Positions 29,244-41,100 of a DNA stretch of 64,000 bases are shown in pieces. The stretch's first letter is position 1. The number at the start of each line of letters is the position of its first letter. The notes below the pieces were generated by a model that was not told where the DNA came from, did not search any database, and saw only the letters and a list, made by a program, of their open reading frames with translations. This DNA is from an uncultured virus (IMG/VR IMGVR_UViG_3300005259_000041). Its lineage: Duplodnaviria; Heunggongvirae; Uroviricota; Caudoviricetes. Both the position numbers and the translations under genes were made by a program. Location: the IMG/VR virus record IMGVR_UViG_3300005259_000041. One strand, given 5' to 3'.

Positions 29244-31310
29244 GTGGCTACTACCGACGTCCGTTCAACCAAATATCCATTAAACCTTGACGATGACTCG
29301 TCTCTTCCGCATCTTATACCACAAGTAAGCGATGTGTCGGCGACGGACTACCTAGCTCTAAAGAGCTCTATTTTAGCTCTTGAGCAAACGGTAGGTATTT
29401 TCCCAGATCCACTAACTGATCCATCGAGTTATGACAATGGCGTTCTTATATCTGTATCGGAACGCTTGCAGAATTTTGCTACTACTGAATTTGTCCCTCG
29501 GGCTGGTAATGTTCTCATTACTGGCCCATTGACTATGGATAAATTGCAGCGCATTAGTTTTGGCGCAAATTGTGAAACTTATGTGGTTTTTGCTGGAGAA
29601 AATTTATCAACTTCTGTAACGGTGCCTGCGATTTCGGGCACAGTCGATTTGTTCCCGAGCGATAGTGCCCAGACCACGATTGCAGTGGTTCCTTTGGCCA
29701 TTGTAGGTAACGACGCTAGTTCGGCTTCCGCTCTTTTCAACAGGCGAGTTAAGATTTTTGACGATTTGGATGTCAATGAGGATTTGCGCGTTGGAAGAGA
29801 CTTAGTTGTTCTTGGTAAAGCGTATTTACCCGCAGACACATTAATTGACAATCAGACTTTGGATCAGCGATATATTATGAAAGCTGGTGGTAATCCAGGC
29901 GGATATATCACTGGAGATTTGAGTCAGTTTTCTGGATCTTATAAGGTTTTAAATCCGAATAGCACCGTCTCTCTAACAACCACGAGCGTTTCAGGGTCAC
30001 CCCTTTTGGTGATTGAAGATATTGCTTCGACTTGGAAAATGGGGACGCAATCTGGCGTTCTTAGAATATATAGTACTACGGCAGGTGGCACAAGCGTTAG
30101 TATTTTCAATTCGCTTAGCACTGCAGTTAACCTTTCTGTTAGTGGGACTGTTACTGCCGCTGGCCTATATCTTGACGATGGGGCTAGCCGGGGTATGTTT
30201 AGGGGCGTCACTAGAAATACGCCATATGCTGGCGTTACGGCGTCTGCTAATCATTACATGCTTGGCCCGTCTCAGGCTTCACAGGGTTTTAATGGCGAAG
30301 TGGACCTGATTGACCATTTGAACAATACCAATGCTCATCATGAGGAGCTGCATTCCTTTGAGTCCCATGTGGTACAAATAGGCCACAATAGCGGAGTGTA
30401 TAGGTCATTTATCCAGCCAACTGGTAAAACTAAGTCTTTGGGCGAAATGATTGAAGACCTGGTATCTGGGGCAAATGCAGACGGGTACCACACCCATAGC
30501 ACGCAACAGTACTGGTGGACGATGAAGGCTACTGCCTCAGACCCCACCACCATCAGGTCTTGGGTCGATGCTAATTACTGCTCTAAGGCCGGGGGGTGCA
30601 ATAGCTCGTCTTCTCTTGAGACTCACCGCACGGCGACTATTATCGATCACCCAAATCGGTCTATTACAGCCGAAAAAATAGATGAAAGGATTATAGGTAT
30701 TACTTATTCTCCAGGCATAGACTTAAGTCTGCAGAATATTAGCTCTGATTTGATTGCTTCCAGGCAGGGAAAATTGGCACTCTCCTTGGTGCTTGGTTCT
30801 CTGTCCGCTCTCACCACTCCAGTTAAAACAGATTTGGTGTCTGCTATCAACTCAGCCTATTCCTCCGCCATTCCATCGGGCACAATTATTATGTGGGCAG
30901 GGGTGGGCGGTTCAGAAACGCCAGTGGGCTTTGTGCTGTGCGATGGCACTGCTTATTCTCGTACAGCAACGGCATATGTTAATCTTTTTAGTGTTATCGG
31001 CACAAGGTACGGCACTGGAGATGGTTCCACGACATTTAACGTTCCAAACCTAGTAAGTAAATTCCCTCGCGGCGCAGCGACAGCGACTGCCGTAGGGGCA
31101 ACGGGTGGGTCTTCTACACACACGCACACCTTTACTGGTACGGCCACTTTGACTACAGCTATGGCTACGTCCTGGCTCGCTTGGACAGCGAGTGCTGGAT
31201 GCTGCACAGAAATCCCGAACCACACTCATTATCATACTCCAGTGGGGACTAATAGCGCGTCCAGCAGTGAGCCACCATACGTAGCTGTCAACTATATTAT
31301 TAAACTGTAA
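29244..31310 (+). CDS. tail fibre protein with tail collar domain
   Basis: IPSGTIIMWAG..PVGFVLCDG..LFSVIGTRYGTGDGSTTFNVPNL..PPYVAVNYIIK. Confidence 0.85.
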   Translation: MATTDVRSTKYPLNLDDDSSLPHLIPQVSDVSATDYLALKSSILALEQTVGIFPDPLTDPSSYDNGVLISVSERLQNFATTEFVPRAGNVLITGPLTMDKLQRISFGANCETYVVFAGENLSTSVTVPAISGTVDLFPSDSAQTTIAVVPLAIVGNDASSASALFNRRVKIFDDLDVNEDLRVGRDLVVLGKAYLPADTLIDNQTLDQRYIMKAGGNPGGYITGDLSQFSGSYKVLNPNSTVSLTTTSVSGSPLLVIEDIASTWKMGTQSGVLRIYSTTAGGTSVSIFNSLSTAVNLSVSGTVTAAGLYLDDGASRGMFRGVTRNTPYAGVTASANHYMLGPSQASQGFNGEVDLIDHLNNTNAHHEELHSFESHVVQIGHNSGVYRSFIQPTGKTKSLGEMIEDLVSGANADGYHTHSTQQYWWTMKATASDPTTIRSWVDANYCSKAGGCNSSSSLETHRTATIIDHPNRSITAEKIDERIIGITYSPGIDLSLQNISSDLIASRQGKLALSLVLGSLSALTTPVKTDLVSAINSAYSSAIPSGTIIMWAGVGGSETPVGFVLCDGTAYSRTATAYVNLFSVIGTRYGTGDGSTTFNVPNLVSKFPRGAATATAVGATGGSSTHTHTFTGTATLTTAMATSWLAWTASAGCCTEIPNHTHYHTPVGTNSASSSEPPYVAVNYIIKL

Positions 31311-31325
31311 GTAAGGCGGGGTAGA

Positions 31326-33230
31326 ATGATTACTGACATCAATTCATCTAAATATCCTCTGAGCTATGACGATGATGCGAGCTTGAGTTACCTAATTCCT
31401 GGGCAGAGCGATATCTCGTCTACGAACCTTAACCAACTACGCAGTTCTGTATTTGCTATAGAAAAAACCCTAGGTCTTAATCCAGGTGCCGGTCGAACCG
31501 TAGCTCAGAGAATTAGTCAGCTTTCGACTGATCTGGAGAGTATTTTTAGTGGTTCTTTATCCCACTCTTTGATTTTTGGATATGACTCCCAACAGTATAG
31601 TGCAAAGGCAATTTTTGGCACTAACTGTGAGGCGTTTATTACATATGATGGTTTTCGTAAAAATAGAAGCGATGCGCCTCTGACTGGCGATTTTTTTAAT
31701 CTCTTCCATTGTGAAACTGATACTTCGCTCGTAGTTCCGCTCTCTATTGTCGGTGCCCCATCTTCCACTGGGGTTAATAAGCACTTTAGAATTAGAATGT
31801 TTGACGATGTTGAAGTTGCGGGCTCTCTGCGTGTGGTTGACAAGCTAGAGGGCGCTTGGGGACTTCTTACTAAGGGTGATTATGTCTATTCCAATGGGCA
31901 GTGTTCCTATGACTATGCTGACAGCGACATGTCTATTTCTGAGTGGGTTGATAGGGAAATCGAAACCATAGGTAATCCACTCTGGGTAAATGTTGATGGC
32001 GACTGTATGTTCGGAGACCTGTCTTTGTCTTTCTCTGTTCCAGATGGATACGGTGAAGAATACGGGTCTATTTATCCGGCAGCCCTGACGTTTGGGGCAT
32101 GTGTCTCTCCGTCGGCAATGATTATGTATGATTTGTACGGCATGAGGGCCCTGCCTGAGATTAACACGTTTGAGCTTTTTCCACACGAAGCAATAACCAT
32201 TAGCGATGTCGCCCCATTGCTAATATACGGTGTTCCAGCTATCGAGCCCGGTATTGAACAGATTCAGCATCGGCGCATTAAAATGATTGATGATGTTGAG
32301 GCTACTGGTAGCGTTAGGGCTAATAAATTTATCTATGCGGGAAACAATGCCGCTGTGAATGTCGCCCCAGAGTTCAATTTGGCGAATGCGGTGACCTATA
32401 ACCAATATGTTGATTTTCCGAATGCCAGTAAATTCGAGAGTAATTTCAGTACCGGTTTTGTTGGCCCGGGAGTGACCGTTGGACATCGCCCAGGCCACAC
32501 GCATTCTACACAGGACATTTTAGATTTGTCGTTCCTCTTACAGGGCCCACAGATTCTCTTGATTTACGATACTTATGATACCGCTGGCGATCCGCCGCTG
32601 GGCCCAACCGCAAAGAGTGATGGTCTGCCTGGTAGAGCGGTTTGCGTACCAGATATGGGATCAGACGATGTGTTCTCTCAGAACATGATTTTGAGGGCTA
32701 ATTACTTGCCATTCATTGATGGCGACCCATTACCCCAAATCATTATTAGGGGGCAAAACACAAGTGTGGAAAAAACTATTGACGCTACGGCTGCTTGGAC
32801 GCTTTCTACTGGTGAGACGGAGCTTAAATTTGATATTCCCAACACGACTCCGGTGGACGACTATGATGTTACCGTCATTGCAACCAATGGCTTAATGGGA
32901 AGGTCCACACACCGCGCCACGTCTGGTGGAATAGAAGTGGTCAATCCATTAACAGCAACTCTCTCTGGCGACACCACTGGCTTTACGAATGTTGACGCCC
33001 TATTCGCAATTTCTGGTGTTACCGGTGGCAAACAGCCGTATGATTATCAGTGGCTCTTTGGGGACGATACGGGAGAAGATGGGAGCGCAACAGTAGCCCA
33101 TTCTTATTCGGTCGCTGGTGATTATGTTGTGACGGCCACAGTTACAGACGTGAATGGGTTTGTGGTTATCAACACTTGGACCATTACGATTCTTACAAAC
33201 TGCAATGTGTATGTAGGATACACTATCTAA
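31326..33230 (+). CDS. virion protein with C-terminal PKD domain; N-terminus paralogous to 29244
   Basis: SKYPLSYDDD motif; YQWLFGDD..HSYSVAGDYVVTATVTD. Confidence 0.7.
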   Translation: MITDINSSKYPLSYDDDASLSYLIPGQSDISSTNLNQLRSSVFAIEKTLGLNPGAGRTVAQRISQLSTDLESIFSGSLSHSLIFGYDSQQYSAKAIFGTNCEAFITYDGFRKNRSDAPLTGDFFNLFHCETDTSLVVPLSIVGAPSSTGVNKHFRIRMFDDVEVAGSLRVVDKLEGAWGLLTKGDYVYSNGQCSYDYADSDMSISEWVDREIETIGNPLWVNVDGDCMFGDLSLSFSVPDGYGEEYGSIYPAALTFGACVSPSAMIMYDLYGMRALPEINTFELFPHEAITISDVAPLLIYGVPAIEPGIEQIQHRRIKMIDDVEATGSVRANKFIYAGNNAAVNVAPEFNLANAVTYNQYVDFPNASKFESNFSTGFVGPGVTVGHRPGHTHSTQDILDLSFLLQGPQILLIYDTYDTAGDPPLGPTAKSDGLPGRAVCVPDMGSDDVFSQNMILRANYLPFIDGDPLPQIIIRGQNTSVEKTIDATAAWTLSTGETELKFDIPNTTPVDDYDVTVIATNGLMGRSTHRATSGGIEVVNPLTATLSGDTTGFTNVDALFAISGVTGGKQPYDYQWLFGDDTGEDGSATVAHSYSVAGDYVVTATVTDVNGFVVINTWTITILTNCNVYVGYTI

Positions 33231-33245
33231 GAAGAGAGGCCGCGA

Positions 33246-36200
33246 ATGTCAACACTTGTTAATTTTACTGCATATGGAGACGAGGGGCATACAGCCCCAT
33301 CTTCTGCTGACCACTGGGAATGGGATTTTGGTGATGGCTTTACGGCGACCACCTACATGAACACAGCTACCCATGTGTATCTGACAGATGGAGTGTATCA
33401 GGTTACGGTGTCGGCGTATATAGCAGCTGATCCGTACGATCCATACGTTCAATGCGTTGCGACGAACATCATTAATGTTTGCACGCTATTCTCTGGTAGT
33501 TTTACTTACTCGGCGAGCGGACTGGCGGTCACGTTCGACGCTGCCGTGACCGGATCTCCGGCCTTTTCTTATAGTTATTATTATTATGATTTTGACGATA
33601 GTGGTTATGCATACGCCGTAGAGAGCAACACTGGCACCGCCCCAAGCGTTACCCATAGCTACACTGGAACATCGGCAACGCCCTATACTCCAACCTTAGT
33701 ATGTAAAAATGGTGGTAGGGTTGTGGACTTTGGACCTATGAGCGGTGGCGAGGTCGATTTCTCTACAGGCGGACTTCCCCTTCTTACCGGTACTGCTGTG
33801 GTTCTTTCAGGCCCAAGCTTAAATCATTTAACTGTGGTAGACCCGGGCGACTATACTGAGGGAGCCGATAAAATCACATTAAACTCTGGTATTACGAGTG
33901 GGTATTATGTACAGTTGTTGTATGTAGATTCGAGTTCAGGTTACAATCAAAGCTCGTCTGCTTATGCCATAGACATTTTATTACCGACTAATGGCTTAAG
34001 TGTCGGGTTGACCCCATCGGGCATAGCGGAGTGTTACAATAATGGCATTACGTTTACACCATATGTGTTTGGTGGCACTCCTCCTTATACTTATGATTGG
34101 AATTTTGATTCCACAGGTGACTTTGGTGATACTTCCGCAGATGGGACTTGGGTGACGGTGGCCGGAGTAGAAACGAAAATCTCCACCAGCTCCACCCCGG
34201 GCGAGGTTATTTATAATGCAGCTGATGTGGGTATTACGAATATAGCAACTGTGACCTTAACGGTTACAGATGCCGCTTTATTGTCTTCGACTGCTACCGC
34301 TATATTAACCTTTGATGCTTTGCCAGCTGTTTATCCCTCTGGCTATAGTGGTTTTAGCCGTAGATATGTTAGCAATTCTAATGTTGGCGCACTTTTCACT
34401 CGCGTTTTATCGGTCACTTTGGGAACCACAACTGCAGCGGGGCATAGTTATTTATGGGAACCGGTTGATGATTTAGACTCTACAGTCATAGCTCAGCCCA
34501 CCTGCGTCCCCTCGGTCGCCTCCAGGAAATATACAGAAACCGTGACTCGTACGGAAAATGGCGCTTCGTGCATTGAGTATGTTGGCTGCGTTAATTCTGC
34601 TGATTGCTATGTCAACACTCCGTCTTGTACTTTGGGCGCAGTCTCTCTAAGCAGCAGTCTTGGAACATGCCTAAAGGCTATTTCCATTAAAATTAACAGC
34701 GTCAGTCCAGCGGCCGAGGGGTTGGCTTTAATTGTAGAGCGCGTGGCTGGTGCGTCTGGCACGGTTGCTAACGTCGGCGTGTCGGGCACCCTGCCTGCCA
34801 TTGTTGACTATACCGCCAGCCCGGCCTGCTCGTTTACTACGGCGGGATATCCAGGCGGAATTTTACTACTCGATTCTCCGTATAGAACGTTTAATGCTTC
34901 TAATCGTGTCGCTTATAAAATTACGCAAGCCACTACATTCCCCCTGTATATTACTGCCCTGGATCCGGTTTGCAGTGCGACTTCTTCCATTACACACGAC
35001 TATCGCGTTAGACTAATAGATGTGGCTGGAGTTGTGGATGCGTCTGTTACGGAAGCCATGATGACAGATAATTCGAGGGCCTCTTTGGCCGTATCCAATG
35101 ATATCACGCTGGCCATTACGGGCGTGGACTCTTGCCTATCTAGTGCAACCATTGCTGTGTCTCCTGTCTCTGGACCCTACTATTATAGCGAAACATTAAC
35201 TTTTTCCGCTACGGTTTCTGGGTCCGTCGCTCCACTGACATATAGCTGGACTTTTGATGGTCTGGGTAATTTTGGCGGCAGCGGCTACTCATACGAGTTT
35301 GTTGGTGGAACTTCAGCCTCAAGCGCCTCTCCGCAAGTAAGGTTCCTAGGACCAGTTTCCGCTCCAAATCGAATTGCTAGAGTCGGTCTCACGGTGCATG
35401 ATTCTAGTAATGGCGGCACTGGGGTGGATATTGTGGCTACTAATTTGGACGTGACGCTAGAGTATATAGCGCCATGTGTGGTGTCGTGTTCTGCCTCAGT
35501 TCCCACGACGGCTATAGTAGGGAGTTCTGTTTCCTTCTCTGCCTCCGCTCCAACGACTGGCTGCGACACAAGCGTCACTTGGGATTGGGATTTCGGTGAC
35601 AGCTCTTCTCATTCTAGTTCTCAGAATCCTACGCATACTTATTCTGGGGCCGGTACATATACTTGGATTTTAACCGCTACCGCCTCTTCTACCGAATTGG
35701 GCACAACTACTTGTACGAGGTCTGGTTCTATTGTTGTCGGCTCGGCCTGCACCATCCTCTCTTGTGGTGTTGCCACAGACAGCCCAGCAGCGCCCGCAGT
35801 AGGATGTTATTGCGCTACACTAGAAGAAGTGCCATTTGTAGCTACGTATACTACCACTGGTACATGTGGGACACCCACATTTACTTGGAACTTTGGAGAT
35901 GGAAACACTGGCTCTGGCCAAAGCACGACTCACGTTTATAGCACCAGGAACACCACTTATACTTGGGGCTTAACGGTGAATATTGGTGGGGTGACGTGCT
36001 CTACGAGCGGACAGGTAAAGACCTGTACACTAGCTGAGTGCTCGGATTATTTGGGTGGTGGCTGCTTTGTGGCCGGTACCCTAGTCTCTATGGCGGATGG
36101 CACAAAGAAAGCCATTGAGGATGTCAGGATTGGGGATAAAATCATCGGCATGGACACTGATGGTCAGGTAGTGGCGGATGTGCTCGATACCTTAGTCCAT

Positions 36201-36479
36201 GACAACTATTCTGAGTTTGTGTTGTGGCAAGTTGCCTGTGGCGCGTTTACAATGATAATGACGCCAGACCATAAGGTTTGGGTGGAAGAGCAGCAGGATT
36301 ACATTGAGGTGAGCCGCGCCATAGAAAATGGGTTTACTGCTAAAACTCTTTCTGGGGCTTACCCATGGGTTCTTCTTAAGGGTGGCCACTTTGCCGATAC
36401 AGTATTCAATCTTACCACTTCAACCAGAAATTATTTTGCAAATAGCGTGTTAGTGTCCAATATGAAACCCACGCACTAA
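33246..36479 (+). CDS. multi-PKD virion protein with C-terminal Hint domain (36063-36461)
   Basis: WDFGDG..H.Y repeats; GGG|CFVAGTLVSMADG, TPDHKV, VFNL..NYFANSVLVSN. Confidence 0.85.
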   Translation: MSTLVNFTAYGDEGHTAPSSADHWEWDFGDGFTATTYMNTATHVYLTDGVYQVTVSAYIAADPYDPYVQCVATNIINVCTLFSGSFTYSASGLAVTFDAAVTGSPAFSYSYYYYDFDDSGYAYAVESNTGTAPSVTHSYTGTSATPYTPTLVCKNGGRVVDFGPMSGGEVDFSTGGLPLLTGTAVVLSGPSLNHLTVVDPGDYTEGADKITLNSGITSGYYVQLLYVDSSSGYNQSSSAYAIDILLPTNGLSVGLTPSGIAECYNNGITFTPYVFGGTPPYTYDWNFDSTGDFGDTSADGTWVTVAGVETKISTSSTPGEVIYNAADVGITNIATVTLTVTDAALLSSTATAILTFDALPAVYPSGYSGFSRRYVSNSNVGALFTRVLSVTLGTTTAAGHSYLWEPVDDLDSTVIAQPTCVPSVASRKYTETVTRTENGASCIEYVGCVNSADCYVNTPSCTLGAVSLSSSLGTCLKAISIKINSVSPAAEGLALIVERVAGASGTVANVGVSGTLPAIVDYTASPACSFTTAGYPGGILLLDSPYRTFNASNRVAYKITQATTFPLYITALDPVCSATSSITHDYRVRLIDVAGVVDASVTEAMMTDNSRASLAVSNDITLAITGVDSCLSSATIAVSPVSGPYYYSETLTFSATVSGSVAPLTYSWTFDGLGNFGGSGYSYEFVGGTSASSASPQVRFLGPVSAPNRIARVGLTVHDSSNGGTGVDIVATNLDVTLEYIAPCVVSCSASVPTTAIVGSSVSFSASAPTTGCDTSVTWDWDFGDSSSHSSSQNPTHTYSGAGTYTWILTATASSTELGTTTCTRSGSIVVGSACTILSCGVATDSPAAPAVGCYCATLEEVPFVATYTTTGTCGTPTFTWNFGDGNTGSGQSTTHVYSTRNTTYTWGLTVNIGGVTCSTSGQVKTCTLAECSDYLGGGCFVAGTLVSMADGTKKAIEDVRIGDKIIGMDTDGQVVADVLDTLVHDNYSEFVLWQVACGAFTMIMTPDHKVWVEEQQDYIEVSRAIENGFTAKTLSGAYPWVLLKGGHFADTVFNLTTSTRNYFANSVLVSNMKPTH

Positions 36480-36492
36480 TAGGAGTATTTAA

Positions 36493-37179
36493 ATGGCAAC
36501 TTCTAATGACGATGTTCTAGCCCAAATTGCCACACTAAGTAGGCAGCTGAGCGACATGCGAACGCAGGTTAACGAAACTAATCGTATGGTGGGTTTGCTG
36601 TTTAACTCTATTAGTTCTTTATCGGAGACCACTGCCACGGTCTCTAACCAGGTTGAAGATGTTTCTACGCTGACCACAGATATGAATGCGATAGTTGTAA
36701 CTTTACCAACAACAGACTACACCACCGCACTGGCGGCTATTGCACAAACATTGGCAATAATGAATACCAATCTTATGAATATCGAGGCGGCTGTCTTAGC
36801 CTTGCCACATGACGCTGTGTTTGATGCCATGACTCAATCTCTGGCGGACATTAAAATTATTTTGGGAACTCCGCCACTCGGACAGGATATTTGGAGTCGG
36901 CTCTCTACTATCACCACAGTAACTACTTCAGACGAAACGTCCAAGGTTCGGGTATACGGCAGATTAACTGGCGAGTTGGTATGTCCTATTACTGTCAAGG
37001 TTTATGACTGCATGAGCAACAATGTCGTAACTACCTCCACAGTTAACCTCTTGGACGGCACGTTCCAATTCTATGTAATCCCTGGCAGATATGTGGTTGA
37101 GTTCACGGGTTCTGCGGTTAAACCTGTAGACGTAACGGTGGACGTGCCAGACATCACTGAATATAATATGACGCCGTAA
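36493..37179 (+). CDS. coiled-coil virion protein with C-terminal beta domain
   Basis: Heptad N-terminus; DGTFQFYVIPGRY. Confidence 0.6.
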   Translation: MATSNDDVLAQIATLSRQLSDMRTQVNETNRMVGLLFNSISSLSETTATVSNQVEDVSTLTTDMNAIVVTLPTTDYTTALAAIAQTLAIMNTNLMNIEAAVLALPHDAVFDAMTQSLADIKIILGTPPLGQDIWSRLSTITTVTTSDETSKVRVYGRLTGELVCPITVKVYDCMSNNVVTTSTVNLLDGTFQFYVIPGRYVVEFTGSAVKPVDVTVDVPDITEYNMTP

Positions 37180-38060
37180 TGAGCGACTTAAAAAGGTTAG
37201 AAGTTAGAGAAGACATTCTGTATAATACCCTGGTGGTTGACGCCAAGGATATACTTATAAGTTCCCTGAGGGAATGGTTTTCTCATGATAGCATTTTTAC
37301 ATATAAATCTGACGAGTTTGGATATCCCCTAATTCCACAAACTGACTTAAGAGGCGGTGGTTTGGCTGGTTCCCAAGATATAGTTTGGGGGACCAATTCT
37401 ACTAAAATTATTATTACTGACGACTATAGGTTTAATAGTCGGTTTTTCCCAGCCATTACCGTAACTGATAATGGCGGGAATAATAGTGAAGTCTCTTTTA
37501 ACCAAGAGATGGGCGGGGTCAAATACCAGCTCGAAGAGGTAGTATTGGACGGTCAAATAGTTCAACGTAGGGTGCCCTCCCATATCATTTTTGCCGGTGC
37601 CTGGAAGCAAAATTATGCTATAAATGTTATAGCAGAAGATCATCAAACTCGCAAAAGACTCAAAGATATTGTCTCGATGCTGTTCGTTCACGTTCTTCGT
37701 GAGACTCTCTTAAATCGCGGTATTTTCATAGAAAAGGTGGGCCTTGGCGGCGACAGAGAGGACCAGTTTGCTAATGATTATTATTATTCTTCGTCTATCA
37801 ATTTAGACTTATATTCAGAGTGGCGCAGGGAAGTTCCAGTCACGTTGCTCGTGGAAGCAATCATGGTCCAATCTAATTTATTGTCCGCTGCGCTATCTCC
37901 CCAGGATTTACAGATAGTTAGAGATTGCGTGTCCAAGCATCCAATGGCTGCTTTTTATTCTTCTCAGCAAAGCGATGGAGCTGTAAACAATATTGTGCCT
38001 GGCTGTTCTCATGCCGACCTCCACATCTTCCCTAAACCTAACGACTGTAAGAAGAAGTAA
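37179..38060 (+). CDS. putative tail completion/terminator protein
   Basis: FPAITV motif; immediately upstream of the sheath gene. Confidence 0.45.
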   Translation: MSDLKRLEVREDILYNTLVVDAKDILISSLREWFSHDSIFTYKSDEFGYPLIPQTDLRGGGLAGSQDIVWGTNSTKIIITDDYRFNSRFFPAITVTDNGGNNSEVSFNQEMGGVKYQLEEVVLDGQIVQRRVPSHIIFAGAWKQNYAINVIAEDHQTRKRLKDIVSMLFVHVLRETLLNRGIFIEKVGLGGDREDQFANDYYYSSSINLDLYSEWRREVPVTLLVEAIMVQSNLLSAALSPQDLQIVRDCVSKHPMAAFYSSQQSDGAVNNIVPGCSHADLHIFPKPNDCKKK

Positions 38061-38082
38061 CGTTAATATTGCCATTCCCCTC

Positions 38083-38090
38083 TATTAATA
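38083..38090 (+). promoter_or_regulatory. TATTAATA putative late promoter for the sheath gene
   Basis: 67 nt before ATG 38150 (AGGAGG RBS). Confidence 0.6.
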
Positions 38091-38149
38091 CTTCCTGCTT
38101 CAACAGAGAGGCTGTGTGTTATCAGCAGCATTTGAATTAGGAGGATCTA

Positions 38150-41100
38150 ATGGCTAATAATATTCCTGGTATCGTTGGGTATGTCCAGCCTAACGCTTTC
38201 AGTCGTTTAATCTTTACGGCGACTGGTGTTGGGAATCCGGCGGGCGTGCGCAACGTTGCTATCATCGGACTTGGACAGCGCGAAGAGTATCTAGTCTATC
38301 GTGCGTCTGGCAATGGTACTGACGGTGAGAGCGTAACGACCTCACTGGAAAATAACTACAACGCTTTGTCCATCGGCGTTGGGGTAGAGGCACCTAACGG
38401 CCTGGTCTACCAAACCTCTAAGTTCCCCATTGTAACTAACCAGTTCTCGCTGTTCCAGAGCGGTAGCGAATTAATTCGCTCACGCAGCACCGTGGTTAGC
38501 GACACCACTCCTGTCTTTGAGAGTGGCACGGATTATGCTGTGGACTTTGAGACTGGTAAAGTTCTACTCGCTCCAGCTACGGCTGCAGTTTCGACTAATC
38601 TCACGGACGGCTCTTTTGAGCATTTGGCAGTTCCCGCCAACGTCCCCTCTGAGGTATGGACAATAGCCGCAATTGCACAGCCTGAAGTTCGGGGCACCGT
38701 TTTTAGTGTTGTCGGCTCGAAGAGCGGCCAAGTCTTTGGCGCTGAAACGTTTACCGAGCAGAGGAACGCCACCTATTCGGCAGGCCCCACGGTTGCTAAT
38801 GGTGGTATTTTCTACTATGACAACAATGGCAACAGGAAAGCTGTTCCAGCCTCCTCTTATGTAACCTCTGAGTCGGATATGTATTACGGTGAGGTGATTG
38901 TTCCTCCTGCCACTGGCGCCGTAACACATGGCGGTAACATTATTCAGGACCCAACTAAGAACTTCCAAACCCTTGGTGTTGAGGTAGGACATTATATCGA
39001 GTTTTTGGATAACGGTTGCCCCAACTTTGGGCAGCTTTATGAGATTGCTGCTGTCGGCGTTGACGAAGGCGGCGGCATGGATTATTCCAAGCTACAGGTT
39101 TCTGGAACCTCTTTGGTGAACTATGGTTCTGCCGCATACTCAATCGTAACTCCGAGCGATGTGGGCCAGAACTATTATGTTCGTCCGTTGACTATCTATG
39201 GCGCAAATAAACTCTCCACTGAGCGCAAGCGTTATTTTGTGCGCATCATTGGCTCTTTGCCAACTGACTTAACTGACCCTGATTATCCTCGGGTATACCT
39301 CTCCCCCGGTCAGGCTCTTTACGCTACATCTGATGATTATGCGTATGATCCGATTACCCATGAGTGGGGCGGCACTTGGTATGCCGGCGAGGATGGCACT
39401 GGTCTCACCACCAATGAAGTGACGGGTAATGTGTCAGGGGCCGCCTCTGGTCGCTCAGCTTCTGTCCCGATTTATACTTCTGCTGGATTGGATTCTGGGC
39501 TATCGGTTAACTTCGCTATGCCCACTGGCATTGACGATTTTGATGATTTCACGGCATATTATGACGCCCTATATAACACTATCCCCACCACCACTACGAC
39601 AGGTACGGCAACGACTGCTGACGGCTCCATCGTGGAAACGCCAGATTCCATTATCAAGACTTTCACAATTGCTCCGCTGGCCGGTTGGGGCACCAATCAG
39701 GGTTATATCCAGGGCTCGCTCACGGTCACCGTTGACGGAGTTGCCGCTGATATCGTAGAACCTGATCCGCCATTCGCCGAGTTTGTGAATAAGACTTTCA
39801 CTTTGGCAGTGGCCCCTCTCACTGGCAGCGTTGTTGCCGCTTCGTATACTGTGGGTGACCTCAGCGTGGCTCGCCAGACGGGCTTCAGAATTGGCGACAT
39901 TTGGATGATTGAGGCCGATGGCAAGTATGACAATGGGAAGATTTCCTTCTCACTAATTTCTGGCGAGAACCCCTTCAGCATTGGCGATTCGCTTTCTATC
40001 ACGGTAACCTCAGCCGCCCTAGAGGCGGGAGACACTCTGGTTGCTGCGTATGTGTGTGAGTCAGATTTGAATGATCCCGAGGAGTTCTTTGACCCCGCTT
40101 CGCTTTACGCTAAGCACGGTTATCCTAGTACCACTAATACTTTGCCTCTGGGCGCTCAGCTAGCCTTTGCTAACGGAGCTAAGTCGGTTGTGGCTCTTCA
40201 GGCTAAGCCAACTTCTCCAATTCGTACCCGCCAGGACCTCTTGGCTTCTCGTGCGTCTGAGCTGTTTGTGGGTAACGGTGGCGTTTATTATACCGCTCAC
40301 ACTCACGGCGGTCAGAACCTTGGTAGCGACCCTCAGGACCAAGGCGCCAACCGCTCTCACACTCTCATGCACGCTGGCGACTATGCTGATGCAATGACGA
40401 CTCTGCATCGGCACAATGATGGCACGACCTATGTGAACCCCAGCAAGGATAGCGATGCGCTTTATCTCTTCCTTACTGAGACCCCATATCAGGATGATAT
40501 GCATTTCTTTATTACGACTGCGGCTTCTACGGTCCCGCGTCAGATTTTCCTTAATAAAGTATCTCGCTCTATGGTTACTGACGTCATCTCCATGCCCTGC
40601 TCCCGCAGCTTTGGTACGGAATGCAATATCGAGGCCGTTGCGGCTAACCCGTACTTCCTCGACTCCACTAGCGTCTATTACCTTACCGTCTTCCCGACGG
40701 GTAATACCTGGGACGGCTATGGAGCCCCCTCATTGACTGCGGCATTCACTTACCCAGATTCAGTGAGAAATACTTATTCTAATGATGGGCTATTCCCTGT
40801 GCCTGATGCCACCCCATATGATTGGTCGACTAGCCTTGCATCTAAGAAGCCTTGCGGTGGTCTTTTCCGCCTACGTAATGGCTATGATATCAATGGGACT
40901 GGTACTACGGTCACAGAGGTGGATGGGCTTCCGCTGTCCGCCTACACGGATGCTGAACTGGCCTTCAAGTCCACTTGCTCCGATAGCTATGACTCAGTTT
41001 TGGGCACTTTCCTCAAGCTGCGCTATAACGGTGGTTCTTTAGACCCCAACGATCTTAACATCGAAGACGCTAAGCTCTATATGCGTACGCAGCGCACTGA

